The position numbers were made by a program, and so were the translations under genes. A DNA stretch of 64,000 nucleotides, from NCBI GenBank assembly GCA_951406725.2, contig OX597826.1, positions 82,522,001 to 82,586,000 of the forward strand, in the 5' to 3' direction. Below the pieces are notes generated by a model. The model was not told where the DNA came from. It did no database searches and saw only the letters and a list, made by a program, of their open reading frames with translations. Source of the DNA: Octopus vulgaris. Lineage: Eukaryota. Shown in pieces: positions 12,460 to 26,465 of this stretch (positions within the stretch are counted from its first letter, which is position 1; the number at the start of each line of letters is the position of its first letter).

Positions 12460-14169
12460 CAGAGATAGATAGGTAGAGAGACAGACAGATAAATAGATAG
12501 ATATATGATTATGTCTGCGTGTGCATGCGTGTGAATGTGTGTATGTGTGTGTATGTGTGTGTGAGTGGCTATATATGTAATTCACAGAAGAAAAAGACAA
12601 ACATCTGTATTGGTTTTCCTACTTTTCCTTATCCGTGTCTTGCCTTATCCGTGTCTTGCATATGAATGTCGCATTCGTGTATTCATAGAGTGCGTTGTTA
12701 CTGAACTTTTAGACGGTGATACGGATAGTAATGTTGGAATAGTATTTGAATATCAGGCCCGGAGATAACATCACCTGTTCTGTCGCTGACACGTCTCTGC
12801 TGCAAGCATGAATTACTTATATTTTAATATCGCAGCACATCTGCGTTTCTCTCACATTCTGCAATGAACTACTACTTTAAACCCCAACTGGGACAATTTT
12901 CTGTGTTCAGGCTATGATAACGGCAGTCTTGTGTTTCTGTTATCAGTGCTATGAGAATCATTTCACAGAAAGAAATGCGATGTAAATTGGGAAAATGCAT
13001 ATGGAACATGATATTTGTCTTTCTCATCACTGGTTGCAATAGGGGTTAAAATTTGATTAAGGGATTAAATGCTAATATCTTCAAATTTTCATGCACCCAG
13101 TTTCGTAACTCCCACTCAGAAAACATACCATCAAATATCTTCCATTTGCAACCATGTCACACACCTTTTAGTAAAGGGACTGCATAGATGTAACGAATGT
13201 ATCGCTAACAACTTTTTCAGAAAATACCCACAACGCAGGAAAAGTTAAAACGAAAATGGACGATAGCATCGACGTAGCCATCGAAGAAATTTTAATTAGA
13301 TAAAATTGCTCCATTAGAAGAAGTATAAGTGATATCAAGAAGGCAGTAGAAATGGTTTTGTTCATTAGGAGTAAAAATTTGTTAGTGCCATTTTGTGTGA
13401 GAAATATAGATTTTTATGTAAAACCAACAGCCCAATGGTTACTGGTTATAATGATAAAAACTATTACACACACACACAACACCCACACACACACGCACGC
13501 ACACAAACGCATATATCGCGCTACTGTGTCTCAAGAAATATGGCTAAATTTTGTGTTTGTCTAATTTGCAGTTTAACGTGTTGTATGGTAACGCAAAAAC
13601 GCGATATTGATTAAAAGGCAGCGGGAGGTTGTTAAGTTTTAATATTGTCAGTGAATCTTTATGAGGTTAGTGATATATGCACATTGTATACTTAGATAAA
13701 GACATGATCACGCAGCATGGCAAACTCTCCTCTGCTCACTGTGGTAGTGGAGAGAGGAAAGCCAAATAAAAGGTAGCAAAATCCCTAGAGAAACCCCTTG
13801 TTGCCTGGCATTATCAGCGCCAGTGCTCCGATCTCGTCGCTGAACGTGAAACCTGATGTCACGCTGTCATATGGAATGCAGTCTACAGTGAAGATACTCA
13901 AGGTTACTGTCCTTGCACTCACATGCAGCCTCTGCTGTCGTGACTGTTTGCCCCGAATGGGTCGCTTAGCCATCAGCAGGCCTAGAACAGACGTGGGCAC
14001 GCCCCCCCTCCGTGAATCTTCGCTCGCGGAGCCTACCCAAAAATAAGAAATCACGCACACGCGCGCACACACACATGACGGACTCTCCCGTTGAAGACGA
14101 CGTATGAGCGTTCAACATTTGCTGAACGATTTGCACAAATGATTTTCTCTTGGACGTTCCTCTGTCACC

Positions 14170-14205
14170 TTTTCCTGAAGAAGAGCCTTGCTCGAAACGT
14201 AAAAC
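14170..14205 (+). ncRNA. Minimal type I HHR motif (Penelope type, ACGU stem III)
   Basis: ttttc-CTGAAGA-a-GAGC-ctt-GCTC-GAAA-CG-TA-aaac. The downstream CCCTGAGCGTC...CACGTCCTCG tail is homologous to 7610-8036. Stem I is weak. Confidence 0.6.
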
Positions 14206-14816
14206 TAGTTTTCTATCCTTCCCTGAGCGTCTGCTAATACTTTGCATGTACCACGTCCTCGCGTTGTTGTTTTTTTCTTCGAAGGGGATTACGTTAAAAT
14301 TTAGGTAAATAAGTAATTTGTTAAACATGCCTAGTCCAGAAACTTCTTGATATAACCTCGTATATACCGTGGTGAATAGATGAGTACAGAGCGAAATCAG
14401 TTTGCTGAAAAATGACTTGCGTCTTGGGCTTGCTTCTGGACAAGTGGCTTCATGTGCTTTTGTGTCCCGAGATTTATCAGATTTATAAATGCAGAACCAG
14501 TGAAGGGGATTTTTTCTCTTGGCAATAGTGAAATATTAGGTAGAATGTAAATTGTCGCTCTCTCTTAATTTGTTCGTTCCTTTGTTTTTACAATTTGCAA
14601 TCGAATGGTTTTTAATTCACTTTTCTTCGCGCATACATACACCCACAAAGACAAATACGCTCGCGCGCACGTGCGGGCAAAATTACGTACAGGAACTGCA
14701 TGATTATCTACACTTGAGATTTGAGGAAAGTTTGGCATCGTAATTTCTTTCGTGGTCTGGGTGTCTACATAGGCGTGAGCATACCCGAACACTCGCGCAA
14801 ACGGTTGACCATCGAT

Positions 14817-14866
<50 letters not shown>

Positions 14867-14886
14867 TTGATAATGATGATGATGAT
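14817..14886. repeat. (GAT)n microsatellite
   Basis: Directly visible. Confidence 0.95.
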
Positions 14887-16599
14887 AGTGCGATAACGCA
14901 AACTTTTCTCTCGCCCTGTTTGCCAAATTAAACGGGTTGCAATTCATATTGATTTCTATTGAATTCCCACTGTAACATGGTTGGGTCTGAGAATCAACAA
15001 GGACGTTAAAGTCATCGTTCATCACCAGGCAACGTTTATCAATGAACAATTGTATGCAACAGAGAAACCCTTGAAATATACACCACATTTGGACCTCCTC
15101 TACTCAGTGATGACCTAACTGCCCAATCCATTGGCTTTTAGTTGCCCCCACATTCTCTTGCATATACACACATACATGCATTCATGTATATACACCCTGT
15201 CACCTGTGTGTATGTGTGTGAACGTACATGTTCCTATGCATATATGGATTGTGAGAGAAATTACGAAACAGCTTGACACGATTAAATAACAAATTTGGTG
15301 TTTCTGGACGATGGAGAACACCAGCAGAAGAGACATCAAAACAGATGGCATTGTTGTCTGAAAAAGCCTGTAATTCCTGACGAAATTTTGGCTTCTGTTC
15401 TTAATATGGGGAATTCTTTATAATTTGGATATCAATAGGTGAAAATGAAAATAGGAACACCGCCAGTAAACTCTTGCCACCGACATTAATCTGACAAAAT
15501 TTTAATTATTTTAATTATTGTTTGTGTTCTATTTATTACAAAATTAACTATGTGTTAAACTTATCGTAGCAATTGTAGTGATATATTCATTAAAAAAAAT
15601 TGCTGGAAATTTTTAGGTCAGCAAAGCTTAGTAATTAATACAAAAGAGTTTACTCGGCAACCGAGCGGTTTGCTTATAATAGCTTCTAAAACTTATTAAT
15701 TGCAATAAACGTTATTACGGAGCATTTGCCTCTCTAACTCTTCCTCTTCCGCCTCCTCCTCTATGGTTCTTTATCTCTCATTGGGTGTGTAGCGTTGCTT
15801 TGCTCAATGTCAACAAGACAAGTATGAACCCTCCACCGACAGCCCTTATGTTACTACTTTCCCTTATCTCTTTCTTTCCCCCCTGTCCCCCGTCTATACG
15901 ATGGGAGATTGACTGGAGCAATCAACCAACCGACACAATATTTGTATGGGCTTTTTGTTAAATAGAGATAAATAAACATACATACATGCAGGCATATATA
16001 CACACGCATATATTCGTACATATATGTATGCATTAGGTGGGGTCGAAATTTTATATTTTGATTCCACATTTTGCTTGGTGCTCATTTTAGTGTGAGAAAT
16101 AAATTTACAAATTTTGAAAAGTATGCAACCACCCCTACCCCTCCCATAGCCACCACCACCACCCTAATTCTTTGTTTTCAATATTGGAAATGTAAGGAAC
16201 TGTAAACTGTGTCAATGCTATTAACTTTGTATTGCTTAAATACTACCTATATATAACATTTTATAAATTCTATACACCCCACCACTCACCCGATACAAAA
16301 AAACAGTTATTGGAATCTTTGCTTATTTATATAGTTTGTATTAATGTTTTTTTTTATTTTAAAAAAAAAAGCATATATTCAGAAAAGCACTTTCAACGTA
16401 AAAAAAAAAAGAGTAAATTCTATAAATTCTTAACGACTATTATGATATGCAATAAAAGAACAAAAAAGTCGCGAACCTCAAACGGAATACATGAACAGTG
16501 AACACCATAAAACAAGCATAAATAGTGTTTACTTTTGAAATGACTATTGTCTTTTCCAGTCAAATTGAGGTCAACTTTGTTTCGATTTCTGTACATTTA

Positions 16600-17095
16600 A
16601 TATGAATTTCAGCCTATTTCCGTCGCCTATCCTGACTTCAGAAGCTTTTGTCGCTAAATTGATGACAAACTCGACTCCTTGGCTGTGACAAGGAAGAGGC
16701 ATTGGTTATAAGAGTCAGGTATTCTTATTTGTTTTTCACAACACGTGCAGGTGCATATAGCAAACATTTCCTTGAATTCCTCTAATTCCTTACCAAAGCC
16801 ATCTCCTCTTTGCTTGATGGGTATTTTGTTTAATTTATAAGCAGATTCAGTCAATCTCCCAATTTTTAGAGTTCTTCCCTCAAACCCAATCCAAGGAAAA
16901 GAAAATTTGTCCCATTTTGTTTGCACATCTGCAGCAACGATCCAGTAACATGTGAAGTGTTTCATATCTGTTCTTCACATTTCTTTATGTATTTAATAAT
17001 GTCGGAATACATCAGCCTTTGATGGGGGTCATTGCTGTAGGAAATTCTCCAGGAAATCCAAATGCTGAATTACGGCTTTTACTTCTAGTTACCGT
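16600..17095 (-). pseudogene. Probable degenerate N-terminal part of a DNA-transposon transposase (family unassigned)
   Basis: Minus strand reads VTRSKSRNSAFGFPGEFP...(frameshift)...IVAADVQTKWDKFSFPWI...LNKIPIKQRGDGFGKELEEFKEMFAICTCTC. This is a protein-like, non-repetitive frame with a Cys cluster, recognised only by general resemblance. Confidence 0.35.
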
Positions 17096-17952
17096 TATAT
17101 AATTTTATTATATTACAGCTTAAATAGGCATTTTTGCAAAACTATCATAGTTTAGCTCTGAAATAATCTAAAAAAAACGAAAGAAAATCATTTCACAAAT
17201 GTATACATTTTCTAAAACAAATTTCATTTCACACATATTGAAAAGTAGTAATTTCACCATGTTGGAGCGGTACCTACCTACCAATTGTCTTATATCTCAT
17301 GTTTTTTTGCTATCTTGATTCATCAGTTGTTTTAAACAAGGTTTCTACAGCGAAATACAATCCAATGTTTTATATCCATAATCAATTCTGTATATATGTG
17401 TTAGAGATTATAGCATTAATATTTAGTATTTAATTCTGGGGTGCAAGTGTAGGCGAGGGGCACGGGGTATCACATAAACCTAATTTTCATGATTTCTTGC
17501 GAACAACTTGCACTTATAAGTGCTACTAGTCAAGAACTCTGCATACAGGAAGCCAGAAAGTGTATGGGGTCATCAGGAGAGAATGCGCGCCGTTTCGGGA
17601 ACTACCTCTCGACGGCATCATTGCGCACCGGCCTCCCTCACTGATATGAGGCCCCACTTGCTAGATCAACTGGTTATCAAATAAGCTCAATATTCTTCTA
17701 GCTATCGCTCATCGTCTCTTTTTAACCAAATCCAGTGGCTAGCCTTCTTCACTGTAGTTTGGATATCGGTCATGGTGGTATTGACTTTACGATGAGTTAG
17801 GCCTAACGATAACAACAGTCGACTCACATTGTGTCCAACAAACCCTCTACATCCAACTTCGATTGGAAAATATTCCGCTTTCCAGCCTGCGTCTTGTCAA
17901 ATTTATTCTACTACTTAAGTTGTTTTTACGTTTACCTACACGTGTGTGTGTA

Positions 17953-18056
<104 letters not shown>

Positions 18057-18092
18057 TATAAATATATCTATATCTATATATATACAAATATA

Positions 18093-18902
18093 TATATATG
18101 AATAAATAAATGGAGTTAAACACAAGTGTTATTCAAATTCTTTTACTTCCGACACATGTTTCGAAGATATCACTGGTATTATTCTAGAGGAATAAAATGG
18201 TGTAGAACAATGTAATCTTCTCTTCAGGAAAGTGAAGAAATGAAACACGCCAATAAGACATTTTAACCGAAAATGATGGATATTTATAGTGATTAACATT
18301 TTTCTAAACACAATTACAGAGCGTGCATACCGATGTAAACATTGGCAGTAACCCTCCTTTAATTCTTATATAAGTGATATTCATCATTATATATAATTTA
18401 AACATTAATTTTCTTCTTACATTTCACATTCACTAGATATATATTTTCCAAGTCTATATGGTTCTATTTAATCTATATAGTTATATACTTCTCATTTATT
18501 TAGTTTTTCTTTCCATTATGCCTTCTCTTTCTGTTGTCTACCTTTGACGTTATATCCTATAACATCTTTTTGAAACAATCTCAATAGCGTTCAGTAAATC
18601 ACCATGCATATCCATCATTTTCTGTTAAAATGTCTTATTGACGAGTTTCATTTCTTCACTTCCGTGAAGAGAAGATTACATTGCTTTACACCATGTTATT
18701 CCTATGGAAATAATGCCAGTGATGTCTTCGAAACATGTGTCGGAAGTAAAAGAATTTGAATAACACCTGCGTTTAACTCCGTTTATTTATTTATATATAT
18801 TATACAAAATATTTAATGTAAACCCGGAGTTTCTATCTTTAAAAACAAGGAGTTACAACATTTTTACTTGTGTGATGTTTTGCTACACTGGTAACTATTT
18901 AT
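18093..18902. mobile_element. Inverted pair of an HHR-bearing non-autonomous element, adjacent to (TA)n
   Basis: 18093-18295 is the diverged reverse complement of 18597-18800, with a spacer of about 300 nt. Same family as 24420-24802. Confidence 0.8.
18145..18233 (-). ncRNA. Type I HHR with long stem II (mirror copy 18658-18747 on plus has C3G)
   Basis: actttc-CTGAAGA-GAAGATTAC...GTGATATCTTC-GAAA-CATGTG-TC-ggaagt. Stem I is act(t/t)(t/c)c paired with ggaagt, stem III contains the ACATGT palindrome and the triplet is GUC. Confidence 0.75.
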
Positions 18903-18944
18903 ATATTTTTTTGCGTGTTGTTAACAAGGGGAAAATAAAAAAAA

Positions 18945-18980
<36 letters not shown>

Positions 18981-20557
18981 AATGTAGATGTGTGAGGCAC
19001 AGGAGATTCAGTATATGTGCGTGTGCGTGTAAGCATTTATGCATTACGTCTCTCGACAAAGTAACATTTATCATCTTTACCATCCCGCTACCACTGACTC
19101 TCAATTTCAACGTTCCCCTATAAACTTGCCATGATGACCCTCCCTGTCTCTCTCTAACACTTTTCCCTTTCTCTTTTCCTCTGTGATGTAAACTAAAAGA
19201 AGACAGGGTAAAATGAACAAGACATCATTTTAGCCAACGTATGTCGGCCATAGTAATATAGAGACGATGACCAGAGTGATACTGATGAGAACGATGATGA
19301 TAACATTGACGACGTTGACGATGTTGATGGTAATGTATACGACGATGATGATGATAATGGTGAAGCTCTTTAACCACAGGTAAGCCTTCACTGAGCAGAC
19401 TTATGATCATACATTTACCAGGCCTAATCATCTTTTTGTTTTATTTCTGGAGTATTTGGGATTGTTTTCTCCAGCGTGTAGGTTTTAGTTTTTAATAAAA
19501 CAAGGTGTGCGATAAAAAGGGGGTTTCGTTCCTAGTTAAAGCATATTCAGTGACCACGGGGCGGCACCCTTCACCTGTGGCATAGTAAATAAATGACTGT
19601 TTGAATCAACACATGATATAAATAAATAAATATAAATAAGTGCTAATTGAATTAATCAAAGCCATGTTGTTAGTTAACCCGAGTCATCCCGTGTGGTTGA
19701 GACGCGATCGCAAATACTCCAATCCTGGCCACTTTGTCGAGTTGCTCTAGACTTCTATGAGAGCGTTAACCCATATGTCCTTTTAATCTCGAGTGTAGCT
19801 GTGATTTGGAGAAGGATCACTGCTATTTCTAATAAGTTGAGAGATCATACAGATATCATCATCCCCTTGAACAAAGATCTGTTGCTGAAGCCGAAGTACA
19901 GCATTGATTAAGCTGAAGAATCTAGAAAGATATTCCAACCGTTGCTCTTGTATTTTTCATAGCACTCAAGTCATGATCCACATAGAGGTACCAGTTCTGA
20001 GAATAATTTGCATGATTCGAGGGAGATTCGGCTGCAATTTCTTGCATATCAAGTAATAACATGGTATTTGATATGATAATGGTGATGGTGATGATATTGA
20101 TGGGAAGGAGGTAGAAGATGTAAGGTTGCTGCTGCTGCTGACGACGACCTTTGACCTGTCCTATTGTGAATAAATTCATTAATGATACTGGTGGTTGCGT
20201 CTGTTTGTGATGGCGATGGCGGTGCCCGATATAATGGTTGCAGTGATTGTGAGAAACAGGATAGTGAGGGCGCAGGCGTGGCGGCGACGGCAGCGGCGAA
20301 GGTGGCGACCATGGCTTGTATTTGCGACCTTGCGATGTGGTAGTTCAGAAGGGAATAATAGTTAGTAGTAGTAGTAGAGTTGGTAGTGGTGTCAGAGTGG
20401 GTGACATGTTAGTAGTGGCAGTCGTGAGGTTGGTGCTGGTGGTGGCGATTTACGGTGAGTGAGGTGAGAAACACTGCTGCAAGATACTATTCACCACACA
20501 CACATATATATATATATATATAAACATACATACACATACATACATACATACATACAT

Positions 20558-20612
<55 letters not shown>

Positions 20613-21271
20613 GAGTAGAATAAATTTCTGGCAAGAACTTCAATATCAGATTTCCACCTTAATCCAATCAGATCACCGTTATCATCAGTTCAACTTTCAT
20701 TCGGAACGTCTGGTCATTAATTCGCTATGAGAAATATCTGATCTTAATGATATGAGGACAATGGCAGAGTTGATAGGTTTCCTTATTTGATGAGTCCAGG
20801 CGCAACTGGACATGAAAGAGATGAAGCCAAAGAAAGTAGTTAGTTTTATGATATTATCAGAGCACCTGTTAATAGGAATAGTAATTCGATAAGGTGTTGC
20901 TACTGGTTATTTGACAGATGAATTCAAGCTAATTAGCAGCGAAAGGAACGGCTCTTAGTGACGTCATGTGATAAGGTGCTTCAGCAACAAAATAGAGATT
21001 AATTTAATGACAGATATCATATATTCGTTTGACAAAATAAAATACTTTGTTTCTTTTCTACTTCGCTTGCATTCTCAACTTTTCTCGGCTTTTATTGTAT
21101 ATTTATAATTTAATCATAACATACCGGGAAAATATTTTGATTTTGATATTTGAAGTCTAAATTAATATGTTTATACAGCATGCTATCTCTCCCTCTCTCT
21201 TTCAATTTCTCTCTTTCTCTCTCTCTCTATCCCTGTCACACCAGCAAAAACTTCATATGTAAACACGTAAT

Positions 21272-21348
<77 letters not shown>

Positions 21349-22898
21349 CATGCACGCCTGAATGTATGTATGTATGTATGTATGTATGTATGTATGTATG
21401 TATGTACCTATGTATTTGTGTATGCATGTATGTATGTATATCTGTCTAGTGGAGAACTCCTCGTTGAGTAATTTCTACTTCCGAGATTCTGCTAGCTGGG
21501 AAAATATGTAGCCTAGATTTTACTTGCTCCATTCTCTAAATTTGTGTGTGTGTGTGTGTTTGTACAATATCATATAAACAGCAGGTTGAAATGTTTCACC
21601 AAAAAGGAGAATTAATGCCACTAAAAGTGACTTGGGTGTTAAAAAACACCTACGTCGCTAGAAATAAGAGCTAAAAAGCTGTAATATATATACACATAAG
21701 TATTCTCGTATATATATATGTGTGTATGTACGTATATTCGTAAATGTTGGCGAAGGGCCAAAAGAGTTCGATCTGGACTACGACTGGCCGAAATGATGTT
21801 CCTCCAAAGGATCTTTGGGTAACATTATTTGTTCGGGTGCACAACTCGGAGATCAAGTCATCCTCCCCCAGTTCGAGTCGCTACTTCTCCGTAATAAGAG
21901 GCCACAGCTAATGCCCATTTAACATGGGATAAAAGTGACACAGGAAACATAATTTTCTTGCCAAACAGATTTTTCTAATCAACTAACCTAAGAGTATACA
22001 TCAAGCAGAATATTTGTATAATATCCATTTTCTCAGTTTGTCACACTTGGGAAATCAGCCAAAAGTTCTAGTGACAGTTGCTTCAGACAGGAAGTGATAC
22101 CGAAGGTCGCTACCCCCAGGATACACGCAGGAATTATGAGCAGGGTTAATTGTCTGTGGGAGAAATATATTCCAAAATGCTTATTATCAAATACATAGCT
22201 GATCCTAAAACTACCAATATTTCCTTCATAAGTTAGAGAGTCGGTAAAAAGAGTCGATGGAAGACGTAGAGCATTTAAATTAGATCCTGACATCGATTTG
22301 ATTGAGTAAGATCAGCATGGCAATATCCCAGCATAGCTCCAGTCCAATCGCAATAGCATGTAGAAAAATAAAAGATTATATCTATCTATTTATTTATCTA
22401 TCTATCTTTCTATCTATCTATCTAGATTAAATAATAAGGCACTAAAAGAGCTAAAAGTGAATGCCTCTCCTACACACAATAACATGTGCGTGTGTGCGTG
22501 CGTGTGTGTGTGTGTATCTGTGTGTTTGTGTGTGTGAGTGTGAGTGTGTGTGTGTGTGTGCGTGTGTGTGTGTGTGTGTGTCTTTGTTAATATATATTAT
22601 ATCACACCTTGATAACCCTGTTGCCAAGTGGCGAATATTAAATAAAGCATAACTCCAGTTCTCGAAAGTAATGGATTTCTTTTATATATAAGCTAATTGC
22701 CTGCCTGTTTCTCTGGACTGGCATCTCTGATCAGAGCAAAATGTTAGGAAAAAATGATTAACGCCGTTTATACGATTATTTTTTTCAATCTACAGAGGAA
22801 CAATACAACTTGTCTCGCATTTATATCTAATTCGTAGGTTTGCACACTCATGAAAAACACATGCGCACGCACACACGTGCGTATGGGTATATGTGTGA

Positions 22899-22950
<52 letters not shown>

Positions 22951-22957
<7 letters not shown>

Positions 22958-23180
22958 GTGAGAATAAAAAAAAAAGACGAAGATAGGTGTGCAAACAACA
23001 AACAGATGAATTAGTTTAACGCTCAGAAAGTGAGAAAGTCTTTTACGTTTCGAGCCTACGCTCCTCAACAGAAAGGAACACGGAAATAAACAGGGTGAGA
23101 AAATGGAAACAGGTATAGTGGCTAGTGATCTATCATGGCAAAAGCCGGTCAGAGAGGTCACACAGGAGAGCTAGGAACAA
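22951..23180 (-). mobile_element. Penelope-type terminal fragment with minimal HHR variant (23040-23075); family also at 30051-30152 and 43946-44142
   Basis: Shared TAACGCTCAG...AAAGTCTTTTACGTTTCGAGCCTACGCTC...ACAGAAAGG. Abuts (TA)n. Confidence 0.7.
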
Positions 23181-23372
23181 GTGTGGATTGAGAGAAACGA
23201 CAATAGGAAAAAGCAGAAAGTACAAAAAAAGTTTAGAAAAGTCCAAAAGGCTGAAACGTCTAGGTGCATAGGAGAGATTTCTCATCAAAGGAAGAGTCCA
23301 GTGTAATGTAGAAGAAAGTCCAAGTAGGGAATTCAGGTAGAATAGTCCAAGAAAATTTCGAAGGGGAGGTGG

Positions 23373-23790
23373 AATAGGTCACAAAAGTGACAAAGGGTAC
23401 TGACTGGCACCGATTTTACTAAAGATAAGAGTTAAAGTAACTCAAAAGCCACAAAACCACTGTCTTAATAATTGACAAAGGCAGTTGAGTCCCGAGCGTT
23501 CGCAGCGGATCGCCATTTCGGATGTTGATGTATGCCATCATAATCCTCATCACCGACTCTTAACGTCTAAGTCTAAACTAAACTGCCACTGTCAGTCTTA
23601 TACGAAAAACCGTTGCAAACTTGTGCTGATTTTCAAAACGGTAAAAGTGTAAACAGCATATTGAAAAGGGTGGCTCATTAGCAATTAGAACCTAATTAAG
23701 ACAGTGATTTTGTGGCCTTTGGGTTACTTTTAACTCTTATCTTTAGCAAAAGAGGTGCTTGTACCTTTTGTCACTTTAGTGATGTCTATT
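23373..23790. mobile_element. MITE-like element with imperfect TIRs of about 95 bp
   Basis: AATAGGTCACAAAAGTGACAAAGGGTAC...CTAAAGATAAGAGTTAAAGTAACTCAAAAGCCACAAAACCACTGTCTTAAT mirrors ATTAAGACAGTGATTTTGTGGCC...CTCTTATCTTTAG...GTACCTTTTGTCACTTTAGTGATGTCTATT. Confidence 0.7.
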
Positions 23791-23823
23791 AATTGTACCT
23801 TTACGTTCTAATTGCTTATTTAA

Positions 23824-23859
<36 letters not shown>

Positions 23860-23862
<3 letters not shown>

Positions 23863-24105
23863 CACCGTCACCGTGACTCACCAGGCTACACATCGCTGGT
23901 CACAATGCGCTTCGCATTGTTTTAGCCTTCAAATAATGTCATCACGCTGGCTAAGCGAGCAGGCCAACAGAAGAAAGAATGAGAGAAAGTTGTGGCGAAA
24001 GAGTACAGCAGGGATCGTCCCGCCCCACTTCCGAAGCCTCGTGGAGATTTTAGGTGTTTTCGCTCAATAAACACTCACAACGCCCGGTCTGGGAATCGAA
24101 GCGCG
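23860..24105 (-). mobile_element. Second SINE family, truncated within the tRNA-like head
   Basis: Minus strand begins at a B-box-like TTCGATTCCCAGACCGGGCGTTGTGAGTGTTTATTGAGCGAAAACACC and ends in GGTGAC repeats next to (TA)n. Confidence 0.65.
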
Positions 24106-24419
24106 GAGTAGATGAAGCAGAAATGACTGAAGAAGGGGAATTTTCCATGTGTTGTATGTCCTGTACTCTAGTTTTTTCGTTAAGAAAAATGTCCATTTCC
24201 TTGGTTTAGTGTTTATGTTTTCGTTCCTCATTTTGTTCGACGTTTTTTTTTTTGGTGTCCTGTACCCATATATGCGTGTATATATACATGTAGATGTAGG
24301 TACGTACATATAGGTATGTATATATGCATATGTTTTATTTATTAATTTGTATACATATATATATATATATATATACATGTTTGTATTTTCCCTTGTTAAC
24401 AATTAACACGGATAAGATA

Positions 24420-24797
24420 GATAAATAGTTACCAGGGTAGCAAAATATTACACAAGTAAAAAAGGTGTAACTCCTTGTTTGTAAAGGTAGAAACTCCGGG
24501 TTTATATGAAATATTTTGCATAGTATATATAAATAAATAAATGGAGTTAGACGCAGGTGTTATACAAATTCTTTTACTTGCGACACATGTTTCTAAGATA
24601 TCACTGGTATTATTGCAAAGGAATAAAATGCTCTAAAACGATGTAATCTTCTTTTCAAATCAATCCCCCATTCCATTTACTGTTTACTATGAAGAGAAGA
24701 TTACAACACCATTTTATTCCTTTGGAATAATACCAGTGATATCCTCGAAACCTATGTCGGAAGGAAAAGAATTTGAATAACACCTGCGTTTAACTCC

Positions 24798-24802
<5 letters not shown>
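24420..24802. mobile_element. Inverted pair of the 18-kb HHR family, with degenerate cores
   Basis: 24536-24656 mirrors 24689-24802. 24420-24540 is homologous (reverse) to 18780-18902. The plus arm reads ATGAAGA-GAAGATTAC...GTGATATCCTC-GAAA-CCTATG-TC-GGAAG. Confidence 0.8.
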
Positions 24803-24838
<36 letters not shown>

Positions 24839-24885
24839 GTGTGTGTGTGTGTGTGTTGTGTGTGTGTGTACGTGTGTGTATATAC

Positions 24886-24929
<44 letters not shown>

Positions 24930-24931
<2 letters not shown>

Positions 24932-26465
24932 ACAATCAAGGAGCGGCCATAATAGGCCATTCACCCACTAGAAATAACAGCCAAAGCTTCAACCGCAAAT
25001 AAAAATTAATTCCGTAAACCAGGAGAAAATTTAAAAAACATTTACCTTGTAATTTCTTATACGATATACCGTTTCATCTGCTGATTAATGGTAAACTAAC
25101 CTGATTAAATTAAATCAAGCCAATCTTCCAAAGGCCCTCAGATTCTTCAGTAAGAAATAGCCCAAGTCGGAACAGATATTTTCACGAGGCAAATCCGACC
25201 TTGCCAAGGTTATATCTGACCTAAAATTTTCAAATCGTCGCACTCGCGCCAAATTTATCGGTAGCAAATAAATATAAGCCGTCGATTCCATTACGGAATT
25301 AACCAGAAAATTCAGCCAAATTTATCGGCAGCAAATAAATATAAGCCGTCGATTCCATTACGGAATTAACCAGAAAATTCATAATTAATCAATATAGGGT
25401 GGCAAAAAAAATTTTGTAGAATTCTTTTTCACCAGCGGCCTAGTGGGAAAAAATTAAATAGTCATAGACCATTTTTAAGTTCAACATCAACAATCAAGGA
25501 ACGGCCATAATAGGCCATTCACCCACTAGAAATAACAGCCAAAGCTTCAACCGCAAATAAAAATTAATTCCGTAAACCAGGAGAAAATTTAAAAAACATT
25601 TACCTTGTAATTTCTTATACGATATACCGTTTCATCTGCTGATTAATGGTAAACTAACCTGATTAAATTAAATCAAGCCAATCTTCCAAAGGCCTTTGGA
25701 AGATTGGCTTGATTTAATTTAATCAGGTTAGTTTACCATTAATCAGCAGATGAAACGGTATATCGTATAAGAAATTACAAGGTAAATGTTTTTTAAATTT
25801 TCTCCTGGTTTACGGAATTAATTTTTTATTTGCGGTTGAAGCTTTGGCTGTTATTTCTAGTGGGTGAATGGCCTATTATGGCCGTTCCTTGATTGTTGAT
25901 GTTGAACTTAAAAATGGTCTATGACTATTTAATTTTTTCCCACTAGTCCGCTGGTGGCAAAAGAATTCTACAAACTTTTTTTTGCCACCCTATATTGATT
26001 AATTATGAATTTTCTGGTTAATTCCGTAATGGAATCGACGGCTTATATTTATTTGCTGCCGATAAATTTGGCGCGAGTGCGACGATTTGAAAATTTTAGG
26101 TCAGATATAACCTTGGCAAGGTCGGATTTGCCTCGTGAAAATATCTGTTCCGATATATGAAGAATCTGAGGGCCTTTGGAAGATATTTAATTTAATCAGG
26201 TTAGTTTACCATTAATCAGCAGATGAAACGGTATATCGTATAAGAAATTACAAGGTAAATGTTTTTTAAATTTTCTCCTGGTTTACGGAATTAATTTTTA
26301 TTTGCGGTTGAAGCTTTGGCTGTTATTTCTAGTGGGTGAATGGCCTATTATGGCCGTTCCTTGATTGTTGATGTTGAACTTAAAATGGTCTATGACTATT
26401 TAATTTTTTCCCACTAGGCCGCTGGTGGCAAGAATTCTACAAAATTTTTTTGCCACTATATTGAT

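Noticed and set aside
12600-13400. Non-repetitive stretch considered as a host exon or helicase relic
   Set aside because: The frames I translated contain frequent stops and no recognisable motif.
20590-20690. CTGATGA...GAAA on the minus strand next to (TA)n
   Set aside because: All three stems have mismatches. Too degenerate to call.
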